From contig NIVC01000622.1 of the NCBI GenBank assembly GCA_002269645.1, positions 251,424-315,423 on the forward strand: a stretch of DNA of 64,000 bases, given 5' to 3'. Within the stretch, counting starts at the first letter, position 1. Each line of letters opens with the position of its first letter. Made by a program: the position numbers and the translations under genes. This DNA is from Macrostomum lignano. Its lineage: Eukaryota. The notes under the pieces are model-generated. The model ran no database searches, had not been told where the DNA came from, and worked only from the letters and a program-made list of their open reading frames with translations. This document shows, piece by piece, positions 10,590 through 28,300 of this stretch.

Positions 10590-10940
10590 AAATTTCCTGT
10601 CTCCGAAAGCACGTCTTTCACATCTCCAACATTTCATAAATCCGACTTTTCATATCCCCGACACTCCATACGAGCTATCTCCGACACTTCATGTCTCCGA
10701 CACTTCACATCTCCGACACTTCATGTCTCCGACGCTTCACATCTTCGACACTTCACATCTCCGACACTACATATCTCCGACGCTTTATATCTCCGACGCT
10801 TCATCTCTTCGACACTTCACATCTCCGACGCTTCACATCTTCGACGCTTCACATCTTCGACACTTCACATCTCCGGCACTATATCTCCGACACTACATGT
10901 CTCCGACGCTTCACTTCTCCGACGCTTCACATCTCCATCA
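10590..10940. repeat. About 16-bp minisatellite (ctccgacacttcacat)
   Basis: Direct inspection. Confidence 0.9.
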
Positions 10941-11821
10941 AGCTTAACCCTAGCGGAGATATGAAGCCTGAAGCGTCGGAGTTGTGAAAGAAGTTGCTTT
11001 TCGTAGATATGTAACCCTCCTGTTCATCTTTCTAGAAAGTTTTTTATGCATAATTTTTTATTGTTAAATCAATATTTCAAATTTTCTTACATCTACGATC
11101 GTACGCACTGTAGCTAACTGTAGGCTGCATTCCTTTTGATGCCCTTCTTTAATTTGTTAAACCCAATCTGAACAACTGGCTCAATTTAATGATTTGTAAA
11201 TTCGCCCCGGCGGTCTCTTTCAAAATTTTTTTAATTCTTCTTTATTCTGACTGTTGGCTTCCAATCCATGCGCCATGTGGGTTTTTAGCGGTCCCTGCCA
11301 ACTCCGAGGACGATAGGAGAGAGAGAGGTGGAGAGCCAGAATCGCTCTGTGTTTGTTTTTCTACTCCACAAGCTGGCGCGCGCGGGGCCCCAGGGCGAGG
11401 CCCCGGGGTGGAGCGACTTCGACAGGCGAGGTCGATATTCGTCAATTAAAACGGGGGTGGTGGGGGCGAAACCGCAGTCCCAGCAGCAGCCGCCGCCACC
11501 GTTTGGGAAAAACCTACAGATAACGAAAATTTCCCCGTTTCTTCGAACAGAAATTGAAATTAGCCATCTATATTAGTCGGAATAAGAATTTTTGCGGATA
11601 GCGGAGAAAGCTTTCCGGAGGGTTTTGAAAGCGTTTGGCTGGGTTGTTGGAAAACAATGGATTGGTTTAGTAGATGCAGTTTGACAGTCTGCAAGCCCAA
11701 GTTGAATATTGTGTGTGGGTTTGTCTGCCATACTTACTTACTTACTACTGACGGGGGGCGCAGGCGCCGCGAATAGGCCGCGAGGCCCCTATCGCAACCC
11801 CAAGGTAAAAGAGCACAAGGA

Positions 11822-16699
<4,878 letters not shown>

Positions 16700-19184
16700 T
16701 TATCCCAGGATTGCTCCCAGGCGAGGCTCCGGCAGGCCCCCGGTCCACACTCTGCAAGATCAGGGGGCGGGAGGCCGGCTGCGGGCTTGGGACACAGGCG
16801 CCAGGTCGAGTTGACAGCCGACGCCCGAGCCCTCCCCCACAAGAGCGGCCCTCGAGAACCCGTGTGGTACCAGTTGCAACTAAGGGCTGTCGATGGGTAG
16901 TTGGCGCTTAGCCAGCAGCCAACTACTTAGCAGCCACCTGCCCCGCAAAAAAGCAGCAGGGGGGATCCGTCCCCCACCAGCAGACCAAGACGAGGAAGCT
17001 AGCCGCTTCCACGCCAGGCCAGAACGAAAAGGAGGGGGAAGAGCCTCCTCGAAAAACGAAAAGCTGGCGGATGTCACAGAGTCCCTCGGTTTAAGTTGCC
17101 GTTTGCCCCCGTTTGTCTGCCATGTTTTATCTCTGTTTTTTCATGCCTTTGTGTGTTGACATTTTTATCATACCTTGGCCTTGGCCCTGTTTCCCACTTC
17201 ATAAGCAGGAGTCTGCGATGCCCACTTGTTAGTTTTGGCCTCCAGTTTGACTTGATCTTGCTTGTCTGCTTTTAACTTGGCAGAAAAAACGTGTGTTTTC
17301 AGCTTTTTGATTTGTGCTAGTAGATGTGTATGTTTGGTTAGCAACCGCATCCTAGACCAAACATTTGGTAGCACTTGTGAAAGTCACCGAATTCCATTAC
17401 GGTTTTATCCGGCCTGATTTGACTTTATTGACAAGATAAATTTCACACGTTTAGGCTTCTTGTAGTATTGTAGTATATTGGGTTGCTACCTAGCGACCAA
17501 ATTGTTTTCAAAAATTGTATTTATGTATAGCCTGGCTGATTCCCCAGAAATATCCCCATCTTAGTGGTCGATTTCCGAGTTAGTTGCTCGTAGTTAACAA
17601 TCTTCCCTTTATAATAATTCTTTCAGGTCGGACTTTTCGGCTATTCGAAGTTTGTGGCCAGATTTTTTTGTGTCCCTTTTATAGTCAATTTGGCCTGGCA
17701 TATATGAAAACGGGGAACAGTTTTGACAAAGTGGATCGAGTATGTAGAAGGAACCTTGGGGTCAGTGGATTTTAGAAGTTCATCAAGGAGATCAGTTAGA
17801 TCTAGAGTCTGGAAGGTAAAAATTAAAAAATTATAAGATCATTCTTCATTTCTGCTTATTATTCCTGCAAAATCCAGATCCCATATTTGCGGCCTCCTTA
17901 ACTCCGTGCACTGTCGGTCAGCCTCCTCCTGGACTGCTTCCACTTTTCATTTTTCTGTGAAGCAACCGCCGCAGCCCGGGATGGCATAAATTGGCAAATT
18001 TTGATGGGGGCCTAGCCATCCACCATCGGTTTCTTCCCGTATTTATTAGACAGGTATTTGACCGCCGCTGCCTTGATGGGAATATTCTGTGTGACGTATT
18101 TATTAAGGACAGAAAAGGAAAGCATTATAGACTGACTCGAATAAGCTCGAGTGGCTTATACAGACTTCTGCCCTTATTGCTGCTTGCAGTTCGATGTCAT
18201 GGTTACCTGGCTTTGCTGGGATGCTGGACCTTTGATGCCGGATAGAATCCCTCTGTATCACTGTCTCTCCTGCTGGACTTACCCCTATGCAATTCTGAGG
18301 GTTAATAAAACATGATGTGCCCCCCCCCAAAGGCATCATTTTGGATGACTTTTTGCCCCCCCCGCTGCCTGACAGGTGGCTGGAAGTCTCACACATTAAA
18401 CTTGCGTAGCTAGGGCATTTCCCGTGAAATGTCGCGCCACCTATCTTATCCCTTCAGACTCTGCAGCCGCATCCCCCAGCTGGATTAATCCACAAATTTG
18501 TACACAAGAACCACAATAAGCTAAACATACCTAGTTGGCATTTCCTAGTCTGCAATTTTTACGAGTCTATATAACATAATGTTAGAAAGTTTCCGCAATG
18601 TCACCCACTACTATATGCTGCAAACGATGTGTTGTTAATCTGGTGGTCACTTAGCCATGGTAACGCTTTATTATTTGGCTGGTTATAAGCTGTAGCTTTT
18701 TAACCCGCTCTCTTAGCAAGCCATAAAATATCCCCATCTCGATTGGGACATTTTTGCTTCTCGGGGCAGCAACGGATTTTGTGTGTGTCTGTATGTTTTT
18801 TGCTTTTAAGATAAAGATTTATTAGCATTGGTTTTGATTACACTTTCCTATAGTACGAGATTTAGAATGCTTTGGCAAGATCTGTCCACCTGTTTATGCC
18901 TGTGTGTGCGGTTATAAAATTGAATTTTTTCACGCCGGATTATCAGATTGGAAAATCCCAACTTCAAGCCGAGGGGGTTGGATACTACTTTATGAGATTG
19001 TAGTTCATGCCCGGTATTTCCGCTCTGAAATGTAAACTGAGTGTTCTGATTCAAGTAATCATATGGTTGCTTTCAATTTTCAACGGTGTTTTACACCTTC
19101 AGATAACCCATACAAAAGATTATTATTCTGTTGGTAAAGTCATTGTCCTTAGCCCATATCCATTGTATTGTGCAGGGACACGCA

Positions 19185-19213
19185 GGCAGGCAGACAGACA
19201 GACCGACAGACGG

Positions 19214-19252
<39 letters not shown>

Positions 19253-19255
19253 CTA

Positions 19256-19291
<36 letters not shown>

Positions 19292-19325
19292 GAGTAGGCA
19301 GAAAGGCAGGCAGGCAGACAGAGGC
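19185..19325. repeat. (CAGA)n microsatellite
   Basis: Direct inspection. Confidence 0.95.
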
Positions 19326-19631
19326 AACCAGATAAAAAAACTTGATGCGTAAGATTCAAAGATACTAGGGTTATCAGACACTTAAGACACTGGCATACCT
19401 AGGCAATTTAGAACACTATATATAAATAAGATACTAAAAGTACTAACACTCTTTAAACAGTTGGACACTGAGACGGGCATGCCGACTTCAGAAGATTAAG
19501 CACTGTTGCACACCCCTCCAATCATCCTATACCAAGAGCGCACCTGCAATGCGGCTTCTCTTGCGCATTCAAACAGTCAGTTATTGCGGCTATCAATTTC
19601 TTGTCTTCTGTTATCAAGATTGTTCAACGCA

Positions 19632-19675
<44 letters not shown>
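19632..19675. repeat. (CT)n microsatellite
   Basis: Direct inspection. Confidence 0.95.
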
Positions 19676-20673
19676 ATCCGAGTTTTCGCCATTAATGTCG
19701 ATTTCATTACATTGGTTTTGACTAATTTCTTTCGATAACAACAGCCGCGGCTGGAGGGGGGCATTGAAGGTAAGACGCACAAAGGCTGGCTAGTGTTGGG
19801 AAATATATCCTCACCCCCCGAAATTGGCTATAGCGAAAGTTTTTGGCTCAGCTTTGTCTGCCACAAGCGGGAGGAGATAAGATCTTAACTGGCCCGGCAT
19901 TCAGGCTGGGGTAAGTCAGGTTTAGTTAGGCTAACTAACGGATATCCCCTAACTGCGGTATGCTTTAATTGACACAAGCGGCCTTGTTCTCGGCTTGAAC
20001 AGTGTGTAAATAACAGGCAGTTGCGTATTTATTACCCGGCTTTGCCTATTTTAAGCTTTTGGGGGGAAATTCGCATTTTTGGCACCTTGGTTTCTTGTTT
20101 TTAATTAGGACTTCGTCTAACGCCACACTTCCAGGGAAGAAAAAAACGATTGCACAAATTAGCCATCACTTGACTGACTGACTGAGGTACAGCCCCATCC
20201 CCCTAAGCTGCAAAGACAATATATTACTCTTAGTTGGAGTTGTAATCTTAATGGTTATCTAGCTATTGTGTTTTACAGTCTTGGTTACTTGGCTGGTGAA
20301 GCTAATAATTCATGGACAACTAAATTCGAATATGGACGAATATCAGTTGCAGCCGACTTTAGTTGCCAAATACATTAGCAAAAAAAGCGTTTCTTAGTGC
20401 TACAGGTAAATTGACCAGCAAGAAAAGCAAAGTTAGTGTATACTTTTCTATACGGGTTTTCCTCCATCGAGATTGTCTATGGTGAAGCCTCTTTAACACC
20501 GAAAAAAGTCTGCAACATCCGTCACAGAGAACACAATCATTGTATTTGACGCGTCGCAAGAATCTCGACCTCATGCAAAAGACACATCTGCTCCATTGAC
20601 TTGTAATACTTCAACTTCAACTTCAGAAATCAAATCAAAAACCCCTAAAAGTGAAAGTTAAAAAAGAAACAAA

Positions 20674-21996
20674 ATGTCTTCATCAACGAACAGCGTCACT
20701 CTGGTACACTCTGCTAGCCAGCTGGTCCAGGTGGTTGCCGACGGTCGAACTCGACTCCGAGGCTCGGAGATGCGCCATCCAGTGGTACATGGCGAGCCCG
20801 GAATAAATTACGCCCTAGCATTCGACATGGCCTCAGGTCGCATTGTCGACCTCGGCCCCACAGCGGCAGTTGAGAGCCGCCTACAGGCCAGCGGCTGCAC
20901 CGTCCAGACCCGGGTTGACGCCACCGATTGCGTCATCATGCCGGGCTTCGTTGACGCGCACACGCACCCGGTCTGGGCCGGCGACCGAGTGCACGAGTTC
21001 GCCATGAAACTAGCCGGCGCCACCTACATGGACATCCACGCGGCTGGCGGTGGAATCCACTTCACGGTGCGCGAAACCGCCCGGGCCACCGATCGGGAGC
21101 TGGCTGACCTGCTGAGCAGTCGCCTGGCTTCAATGAGTCGCCATGGCACCACCCTGGCCGAAGTGAAGTCCGGCTACGGCCTCACGCTCGATGCCGAGCT
21201 GCGGCTGCTGCAGCTGCTGTGCGACGCCGCTGCAGATCCGCTCTGCCCAGTGCGGCTCTCCGTCACCTACCTGGCCGGCCACGCCGTACCACCGGGTCGC
21301 GACTCTGCTGAGTTCGCAGCCGAGGTGGCCTCGGAGCACGTGCCCCGCGTCCTGGCTGAGCGGAAGATCTCTGGCCGACTGTCCGCTGTCCGACAGATTG
21401 ACGTCTTCTGCGAGCGCGGCGTGCTCAACGCAGCTGAGTCGGCTCGGATTCTAGAGGCTGCTCTGCCCGATCTGCGCGGCAACGTCCACGCGGATGAGCT
21501 CAGCGATCAGGACGGCGCGGCGATGGCTTGCCGGTCCGGCGCAGCGGCCGCCTCGCACCTGGAGTTCGTCTCTGAGTCCGGCATCTCAGCGATGGCCTCG
21601 AACGACTGCAGCCCCGTAGCGGTGCTGCTGCCGACCACGGCTCGCCTGTTGCACCTGCCGGCTCCGCCGGCTCGTCGGATGATCGACAGCGGCTGCGCTG
21701 TGGGCCTCGGCAGCGACTTCAACCCGAACGCGCACTGCCTGAGCATGCCGCTAATTGGCCACATGGCCTGTGTGGACTTCGGCCTCAGCATGGAGGAAGC
21801 CCTGGCCGCCTGCACAATCAACGCTGCAGCGGCGCTGGGCCTGTCGGACCAGACAGGCAGCCTGGAGGTTGGCAAACTGGCCGACTTTGTCCTGCTGCGG
21901 GCGCCCCGGTGGGAGCACGCGTTCTACCAGGTGGGCGACTCTGACAGTCTGGTGAAGCTGGTGTGCTGCGGCGGACGGTTGGTGAAGAAGGGCTGA
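20674..21996 (+). CDS. AMDHD1: Imidazolonepropionase (HutI family amidohydrolase, histidine degradation), single exon, 440 aa
   Basis: PGFVDAHTHPVWAGDRVHEFAMKLAGATYMDIHAAGGGIHFTV, GTTLAEVKSGYGL, DVFCERG, HADEL, SHLE, GSDFNPNA and GSLEVGKLAD closely match animal AMDHD1. Confidence 0.96.
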   Translation: MSSSTNSVTLVHSASQLVQVVADGRTRLRGSEMRHPVVHGEPGINYALAFDMASGRIVDLGPTAAVESRLQASGCTVQTRVDATDCVIMPGFVDAHTHPVWAGDRVHEFAMKLAGATYMDIHAAGGGIHFTVRETARATDRELADLLSSRLASMSRHGTTLAEVKSGYGLTLDAELRLLQLLCDAAADPLCPVRLSVTYLAGHAVPPGRDSAEFAAEVASEHVPRVLAERKISGRLSAVRQIDVFCERGVLNAAESARILEAALPDLRGNVHADELSDQDGAAMACRSGAAAASHLEFVSESGISAMASNDCSPVAVLLPTTARLLHLPAPPARRMIDSGCAVGLGSDFNPNAHCLSMPLIGHMACVDFGLSMEEALAACTINAAAALGLSDQTGSLEVGKLADFVLLRAPRWEHAFYQVGDSDSLVKLVCCGGRLVKKG

Positions 21997-22394
21997 GCAT
22001 TGTTGGCTACCGATATGTTGTGTAAAATACATTTCGTATTTGAAACTTCAAGCCCTATCTGCAGTATGGAAATAATTATTGTTTCCTTACATTTAGTGAC
22101 TACCGATATGTATTGTAGTTAATTTTAATCTCTACTCGGAATCAGGTTTTCTTTTCAGATTTTTCTCGTTTAATTTTTTAGTTTCTCAGTTGCAATATTT
22201 CGTATTATTGTTTTTCCTCAATTTTGTAGTTTTATGCAGTCTTCGCTCATTAATATTTTTTGATCATTTTTATTTCTGAGTGACATAATGACGGACATTA
22301 TTTTTTAGGATGTAAATGGTTTCCATTGGATGTTATAAGAGGCATTGAGGGATGTCAGAAGGTTTTATTTGTGTCAGTTTATAGTTGGGATGCC

Positions 22395-22810
22395 AAAAGA
22401 GGTCAAATGGCACACAGATGATGTCAAATGGCACACAGAGGAGGTCAAATGACACACAGATGATGTCAAATGACACACAGATGATGTCAAATGGCACACA
22501 GGATGTCAAATGGCACACAGAGGATGTCAAATGGCACACAGAGGATGTCAAATGGCACACAGAGGATGTCAAATGGCACTAGAGGATTGTCAAATGGCAC
22601 ACAGAGGATGTAAAATGGCACACAGGATGTCAAATGGCACACAGAGGATGCCAAATGCCACTAGAGGATTGTCAAATGGCACAGAGGATGTCAAATGGCA
22701 CACAGAGGATGTAAAATGGCACACAGGATGTCAAATGGCACACAGAGGATGTCAAATGGCACACAGAGGATGTCAAATGGCACAAAGATGATGTCAAATG
22801 GCACCAAGAG
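22395..22810. repeat. 21-bp minisatellite (gatgtcaaatggcacacagag)
   Basis: Direct inspection. Confidence 0.92.
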
Positions 22811-23688
22811 GTCAGTCATTAGGCGTCAGAGGATGCCAGGGTCACTGGCAGGTCAGCGGATGCTTAGAATTACGCCAAGGTGCTTAACTCGAACAGCCAC
22901 TCAGCCTGATCCCAATAATCCCTCGCTGCATTGCACACCCAATTTCCCTCACAAAGATGCAAAAAAGCGCACCGTAATTCCACATGCTGGAACCATGGGA
23001 AGGGTCAGTGAGCGAGGGAAGGAAGAGCGGTTATCCCACACACAGAGGGAATGCAAGCCGACAAAAGGGGGTTTGCTGGTAAAGTTATTTTAACAAGCCC
23101 CGCTCCAGTAACTCTCCTGTATAGAGGCATCCGTGGCCCTTCCAATATTCGGACACACCTTAACAACAAGTTGCCTCTTTCTGCTTAGTTTATAATGGGA
23201 AGAAACCGCGGTGTTTATCCCACAGGAAATCCATTACTTTCAGTGTCTTCCATTACGCTTCGTTTGACACGGAAAGCAAGAGGCTTGCAGTCGGTGCAGT
23301 CGCTATGTAGTGTGTGCAATCTTTTCACAATAAATCTTCCGTTAACTGGTTTTACCGACTGTAATGCGTTCGAGTTTTGTTAATCTGTGACTTTGTAATT
23401 TTACATGCTTTTATTCTCTTTTTTCAATTGGTGCTGTTGCTTTTATGGGCAAGGTTTTCTGCTAATTTTATCGGCTAATATACTAAAATACTAAAATACA
23501 AACTGCCACACTGTAGTGTTTCTTTATTTAAATAGCGTATCTAAGAATCCGAGAATTCATTTTAAGACTGCCAATCATTTTACCAATGTGGTTACTTTCG
23601 TCTATGGCTAAAACACTGCTCATGGTCTGGGGCACAGGCACAGCCAGAGCATTGAGTTTGACACAGAGCATTTAAAGGGCCTGTCAAC

Positions 23689-24007
23689 TTAAGCTCATAA
23701 AGTGGAGACTGAGTAATCTAATACGTCATTCCACTCACAGTAGCAATAGGAAGCTGGATTTGGCAAAAAAGTGACCATGGACCATGAGATATAAGTGAAC
23801 AAGCAAGGGAATAATTAGGGACTTCATCTTATGAGCTTACATGTAAGTTTATATAATAGTCCCTAATTATCATTTTGCTTGTTCTTTCCTATCACAGGTC
23901 CAATTTTTGTCGCCTTTTTGCCAAATCCAGCTTCCTGGTGTCGCTGTAAGCAGAATGACGTATTGTTTGTGTACATAGGTTACTCTGGCTCCACTTTATG
24001 AGCTTAA
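23689..24007. mobile_element. Fold-back MITE flanked by TTAA
   Basis: TTAA-GCTCATAAAGTGGAG ... CTCCACTTTATGAGC-TTAA; internal arms AGGAAGCTGGATTTGGCAAAAA/TTTTTGCCAAATCCAGCTTCCT and ATAATTAGGGACT/AGTCCCTAATTAT. Confidence 0.8.
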
Positions 24008-24041
24008 TCGCTGTGCAAATGAAGCTGGAGACTCCTGCCAG

Positions 24042-24569
24042 GGGCCGATTTCACAAAGAAACTACAAGTGACAAGTGACAAGTCGACAAATGACAAGTGA
24101 CAAGTGACATGTGTCAACGATTTTGGTTTCATAAACATGGGTCCTTGCTCGTGTTAAAAATAACTCAATTTTATGTCTATGGTTGAGATACCATATGAAA
24201 TCGATCCAGCCTTTAGACCACAGACCACAATTTTAGGATCTGAGTTTTAGACAGACTTGCTTTCAAGACGGCCTCTGCGTTCTTTTCGGGCTTGAATACA
24301 CAGCTTTAATAAAGCTACAAGTGTCACAGCGACTTGTCAAAAACACAAGACAAGAGGAAGTATTTTCTCACAGAAGCATCCAGCTTAGTGCATGTCTATG
24401 GACGAAACCCCGAAGGAGCGCTTGTAATTTGTCAAATTTCGCTTGTCACTTGTCCCTTGTAACTTGTCGATTTGTCAAGTTGTAGCTTGCTTTTATGAAA
24501 CGCATTATTTTGAGGAATTGTCACTTGTCACTTGTAATTTGTCAGACAAGTGCTTTATAAAATAGGCCC
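24042..24569. mobile_element. PIF/Harbinger-type MITE
   Basis: TIRs GGGCCGATTTCACAAAG / CTTTATAAAATAGGCCC, 3-bp CAG TSD, subterminal ACAAGTG (left) and CACTTGT (right) arrays. Confidence 0.85.
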
Positions 24570-25331
24570 CAGATGAAATCAATCTACTTAAGGATTGGCG
24601 TTCCATGGTACTGCAGAGAATTGCGCGGAGTCGCCGGTGTGGATATCCAACCCCCGCTAGCTATGGTAGTATCTCAATGGTCTTGATGACCGAATTCTCA
24701 AGTCAGCTGCTCCGCAGACCCCCATTTTGGGCCATAGACAATGAAAAAGCAAATCCTCCATATAGCTTGATTCCTCCCGCTAAGGACTGAATAGCGTAAG
24801 TTGGCTTGGAAATTGCAGTAATATGAAAAACCCAGGTGATGATGAGGAGACTGCAAGGCGACATGCCACACAGACAGCGGAGCCAATGACAGACTCCGTA
24901 GCCCCAAAGTCACCATAGGAATCCAGCGAATGGATCCACCAGCCAATGGTGAAGCAGTGTTCAACCAGCAGCTTCAACGCATGGCCGATTGGAAAGACGC
25001 GCCATACTTATTATAGATAGGAACCAGAAGATTGAATGGTGGAGTCAGGACTAAACCGGTAGGCAAAGGGTACTTCAGCGTTATCGCGGCGCGTTTCTGA
25101 TAACACAAGAGAGCCAAAGCAGCAGAGCGATCTGTTTAAATCCGTCTATCTGACCTGTCCGTGCTGTGACCCCCAATTTTATCAGCTTGCCCCAACAACT
25201 ACTGCGGCGCTTTGCTATCTGTGAGGCCGCTTCCTCTATCAATCTATAATCCATCTCTTACCCAGTCAAGCCCCTTAGCTCTCTCTCTTTTTCTCTCTCT
25301 CTCTCTCTCTTCCGGTATAATATCCGCCACA

Positions 25332-28300
25332 ATGGCATCCGCTTATTATCATCCTTGGTCAACTCGAATCGGCAGCCGCGACTATCCCCAGCAGCAGCAG
25401 CAGCAGAGTTTTCACCGTCCGACCGATGGCTCTGAGAGTTCCTCGGGTCCTGCAACACTGGCAACTAACGATCCATATGCTGGCTATCGAGCTGGTGAGT
25501 TCAAAAAGAGGCCTTATAAATTTGGCCTGTACCTGAATCCTTAGTTTACTGACACCTGAATCCCAGTTTACTGACACCTGAATCCTTAGTTTACTGACAC
25601 CTGAATCCTTAGTTTACTGACACCTGAATCCTTAGTTTACTGACACCTGAATCCTTAGTTTACTGACACCTGAATCCTTAGTTTACTGACACCTGAATCT
25701 CAGTTTACTGACACCTGAATCCCAGTTTACTGACACTTGGATCCTTAGTTTACTGACACCTGAATCCCAGTTTACTGACACCTTGATCCTTAGTTTACTG
25801 ACACCTGACTCCTAGTTTACTGACACCTGAATCCTTAGTTTACTGACACCTGACTCCTTAGTTTACTGACACCTGAATCTCAGTTTACTGACACCTGAAT
25901 CCCAGTTTACTGACACCTGAATCCTTAGTTTACTGACACCTGAATCCCAGTTTACTGACACCTGAATCCTTAGTTTACTGACACCTGACTCCTTAGTTTA
26001 CTGACACCTGAATCCTTAGTTTACTACTGACACCTGACTCCTTAGTTTACTGACACCTGAATCTCAGTTTACTGACACCTGAATCCCAGTTTACTGACAC
26101 CTGAATCCCAGTTTACTGACACCTGAATCCCAGTTTACTGACACCTGAATCCTTAGTTTACTGACACCTGAATCCCAGTTTACTGACACCTGAATCCCAG
26201 TTTACTGACACCTGAATCTTTAGTTTACTGACACCTGAATCTCAGTTTACTGACACCTGAATCCCAGTTTACTGACACCTGGATCCTTAGTTCACTGACA
26301 CCTGAATCCTAGTTTACTGACACCTGAATCCTTAGTTCACTGACACCTGAATCCTAGTTTACTGACACCTGAATACTTTGTTTACTGACACCTGAATCCT
26401 AGTTTACTGACACCTGAATCCTTAGTTTACTGACACTGAATCCTTAGTTTACTGACACCTGAATCCTTAGTTTACTGACACCTGAATCCCAGTTTACTGA
26501 CACCTGAATCCCAGTTTACTGACACCTGAATCCTTAGTTTACTGACACCTGATCCCAGTTTACTGACACCTGAATCCCAATTTACTGACACCTGAATCCT
26601 TAGTTCACTGACACCTGAATCCCAGTTTACTGACACCTGAATCCTTAGTTCACTGACACCTGAATCCCAGTTTACTGACACCTGAATCCCAATTTACTGA
26701 CACCTGAATCCTTAGTTTACTGACACCTGGATCCCAGTTTACTGACACCTGAATCCTTAGTTTACTGACACCTGAATCCCAATTTACTGACACCTGAATC
26801 CCAGTTCACTGACTCCTGAATCCTTAGTTCACTGACACCTGAATCCCAGTTTACCGACACCTGAATCCCAGTTTACTGACACCTGAATCCCAGTTTACCG
26901 ACACCTGAATCCTAGTTTACTGACACCTGAATCCCAGTTTACTGACACCTGAATCCCAGTTTACCGACACCTGAATCCTAGTTTACTGACACCTGAATCC
27001 CAGTTTACTGACACCTGAATCCCAGTTTACTGACACCTGAATCCCAGTTTACTGACACCTGAATCCCAGTTTACTGACACCTGAATCCCAGTTTACTGAC
27101 ACCTGAATCCCAGTTTACTGACACCTGAATCCCAGGTTTACTGACACCTGAATCCCAGTTTACTGACACCTGAATCCCAGTTTACTGACACCTGAATCCC
27201 AGTTTACTGACACCTGAATCCCAGTTTACTGACACCTGAATCCCAGTTTACTGACACCTGAATCCCAGTTTACTGACACCTGAATCCCAGTTTACTGACA
27301 CCTGAATCCTTAGTTTACTGACACCTGAATCCCAGTTTACTGACACCTGAATCCCAGTTTACTGACACCTGAATCCCAGTTTACTGACACCTGAATCCCA
27401 GTTTACTGACACCTGAATCCCAGTTTACTGACACCTGAATCCCAGTTTACTGACACCTGAATCCCAGTTTACTGACACCTGAATCCCAGTTTACTGACAC
27501 CTGAATCCCAGTTTACTGACACCTGAATCCTTAGTTTACTGACACCTGAATCCCAGTTTACTGACACCTGAATCCCAGTTTACTGACACCTGAATCCTTA
27601 GTTTACTGACACCTGAATCCCAGTTTACTGACACCTGAATCCCAGTTTACTGACACCTGAATCCTTAGTTTACTGACACCTGAATCCCAGTTTACTGACA
27701 ACTGAATCCCAGTTTACTGACACCTGAATCCCAGTTTACTGACACCTGAATCCCAGTTTACTGACACCTGAATCCCAGTTTACTGACACCTGAATCCCAG
27801 TTTACTGACACCTGAATCCCAGTTTACTGACACCTGAATCCCAGTTTACTGACACCTGACATGAATCCAGTTTACTGACACCTGAATCCTTTAGTTTTTT
27901 TTCAGTTGAAACGGTCGTCCAGATCTCTGACAAAATCTCATCGAACGAAACCAGCAGGTCAACACGAGCAGCACCCAACATGGCCAAGCCATTGCGCGCT
28001 GCCCACAACTCCAGACTCAACCATCATAGACCAGCTTCATCAACAGCAACAGCCCCAGCAACAGCATCATCAGCACTACCAGCTGCACCAGACTCCAACT
28101 GCAGTTCATCCGTACCAGGCATGGACTGCAGGGGCCTACCAGCAGTGCGGGTCCGCAGCCGTCTTCCCGCCCGACTGTGAGCTGCACAGACACCCATGTT
28201 TTGCAGTCTTTCTATCTCTCACCATTCTATCTCTCACCATTCTATCTCTCACCATTCTATCTCTCACCATTCTATCTCTCACCATTCTATCTCTCACTAT

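Noticed and set aside
16900-17110. HDV-like ribozyme at the LINE 5' end
   Set aside because: I could not build the P1/P1.1/P2/P3 nested pseudoknot by hand; a descriptor-based search (RNArobo or Infernal) would be needed.
17800-18450. Possible decayed coding fragment (also 40375-40632, 53740-54500, 56280-56900, 57250-57700)
   Set aside because: Multiple stops and no motif I can assign; probably old TE debris, but unsupported without a search.
20674-21996. Bacterial HutI acquired by horizontal transfer
   Set aside because: The N-terminus and motifs follow the animal AMDHD1 pattern closely; being intronless is not sufficient evidence.
25535-27890. CRISPR-like appearance of the regular 22-bp array
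   Set aside because: Head-to-tail tandem units with no unique spacers, inside a eukaryotic intron, and no cas genes.
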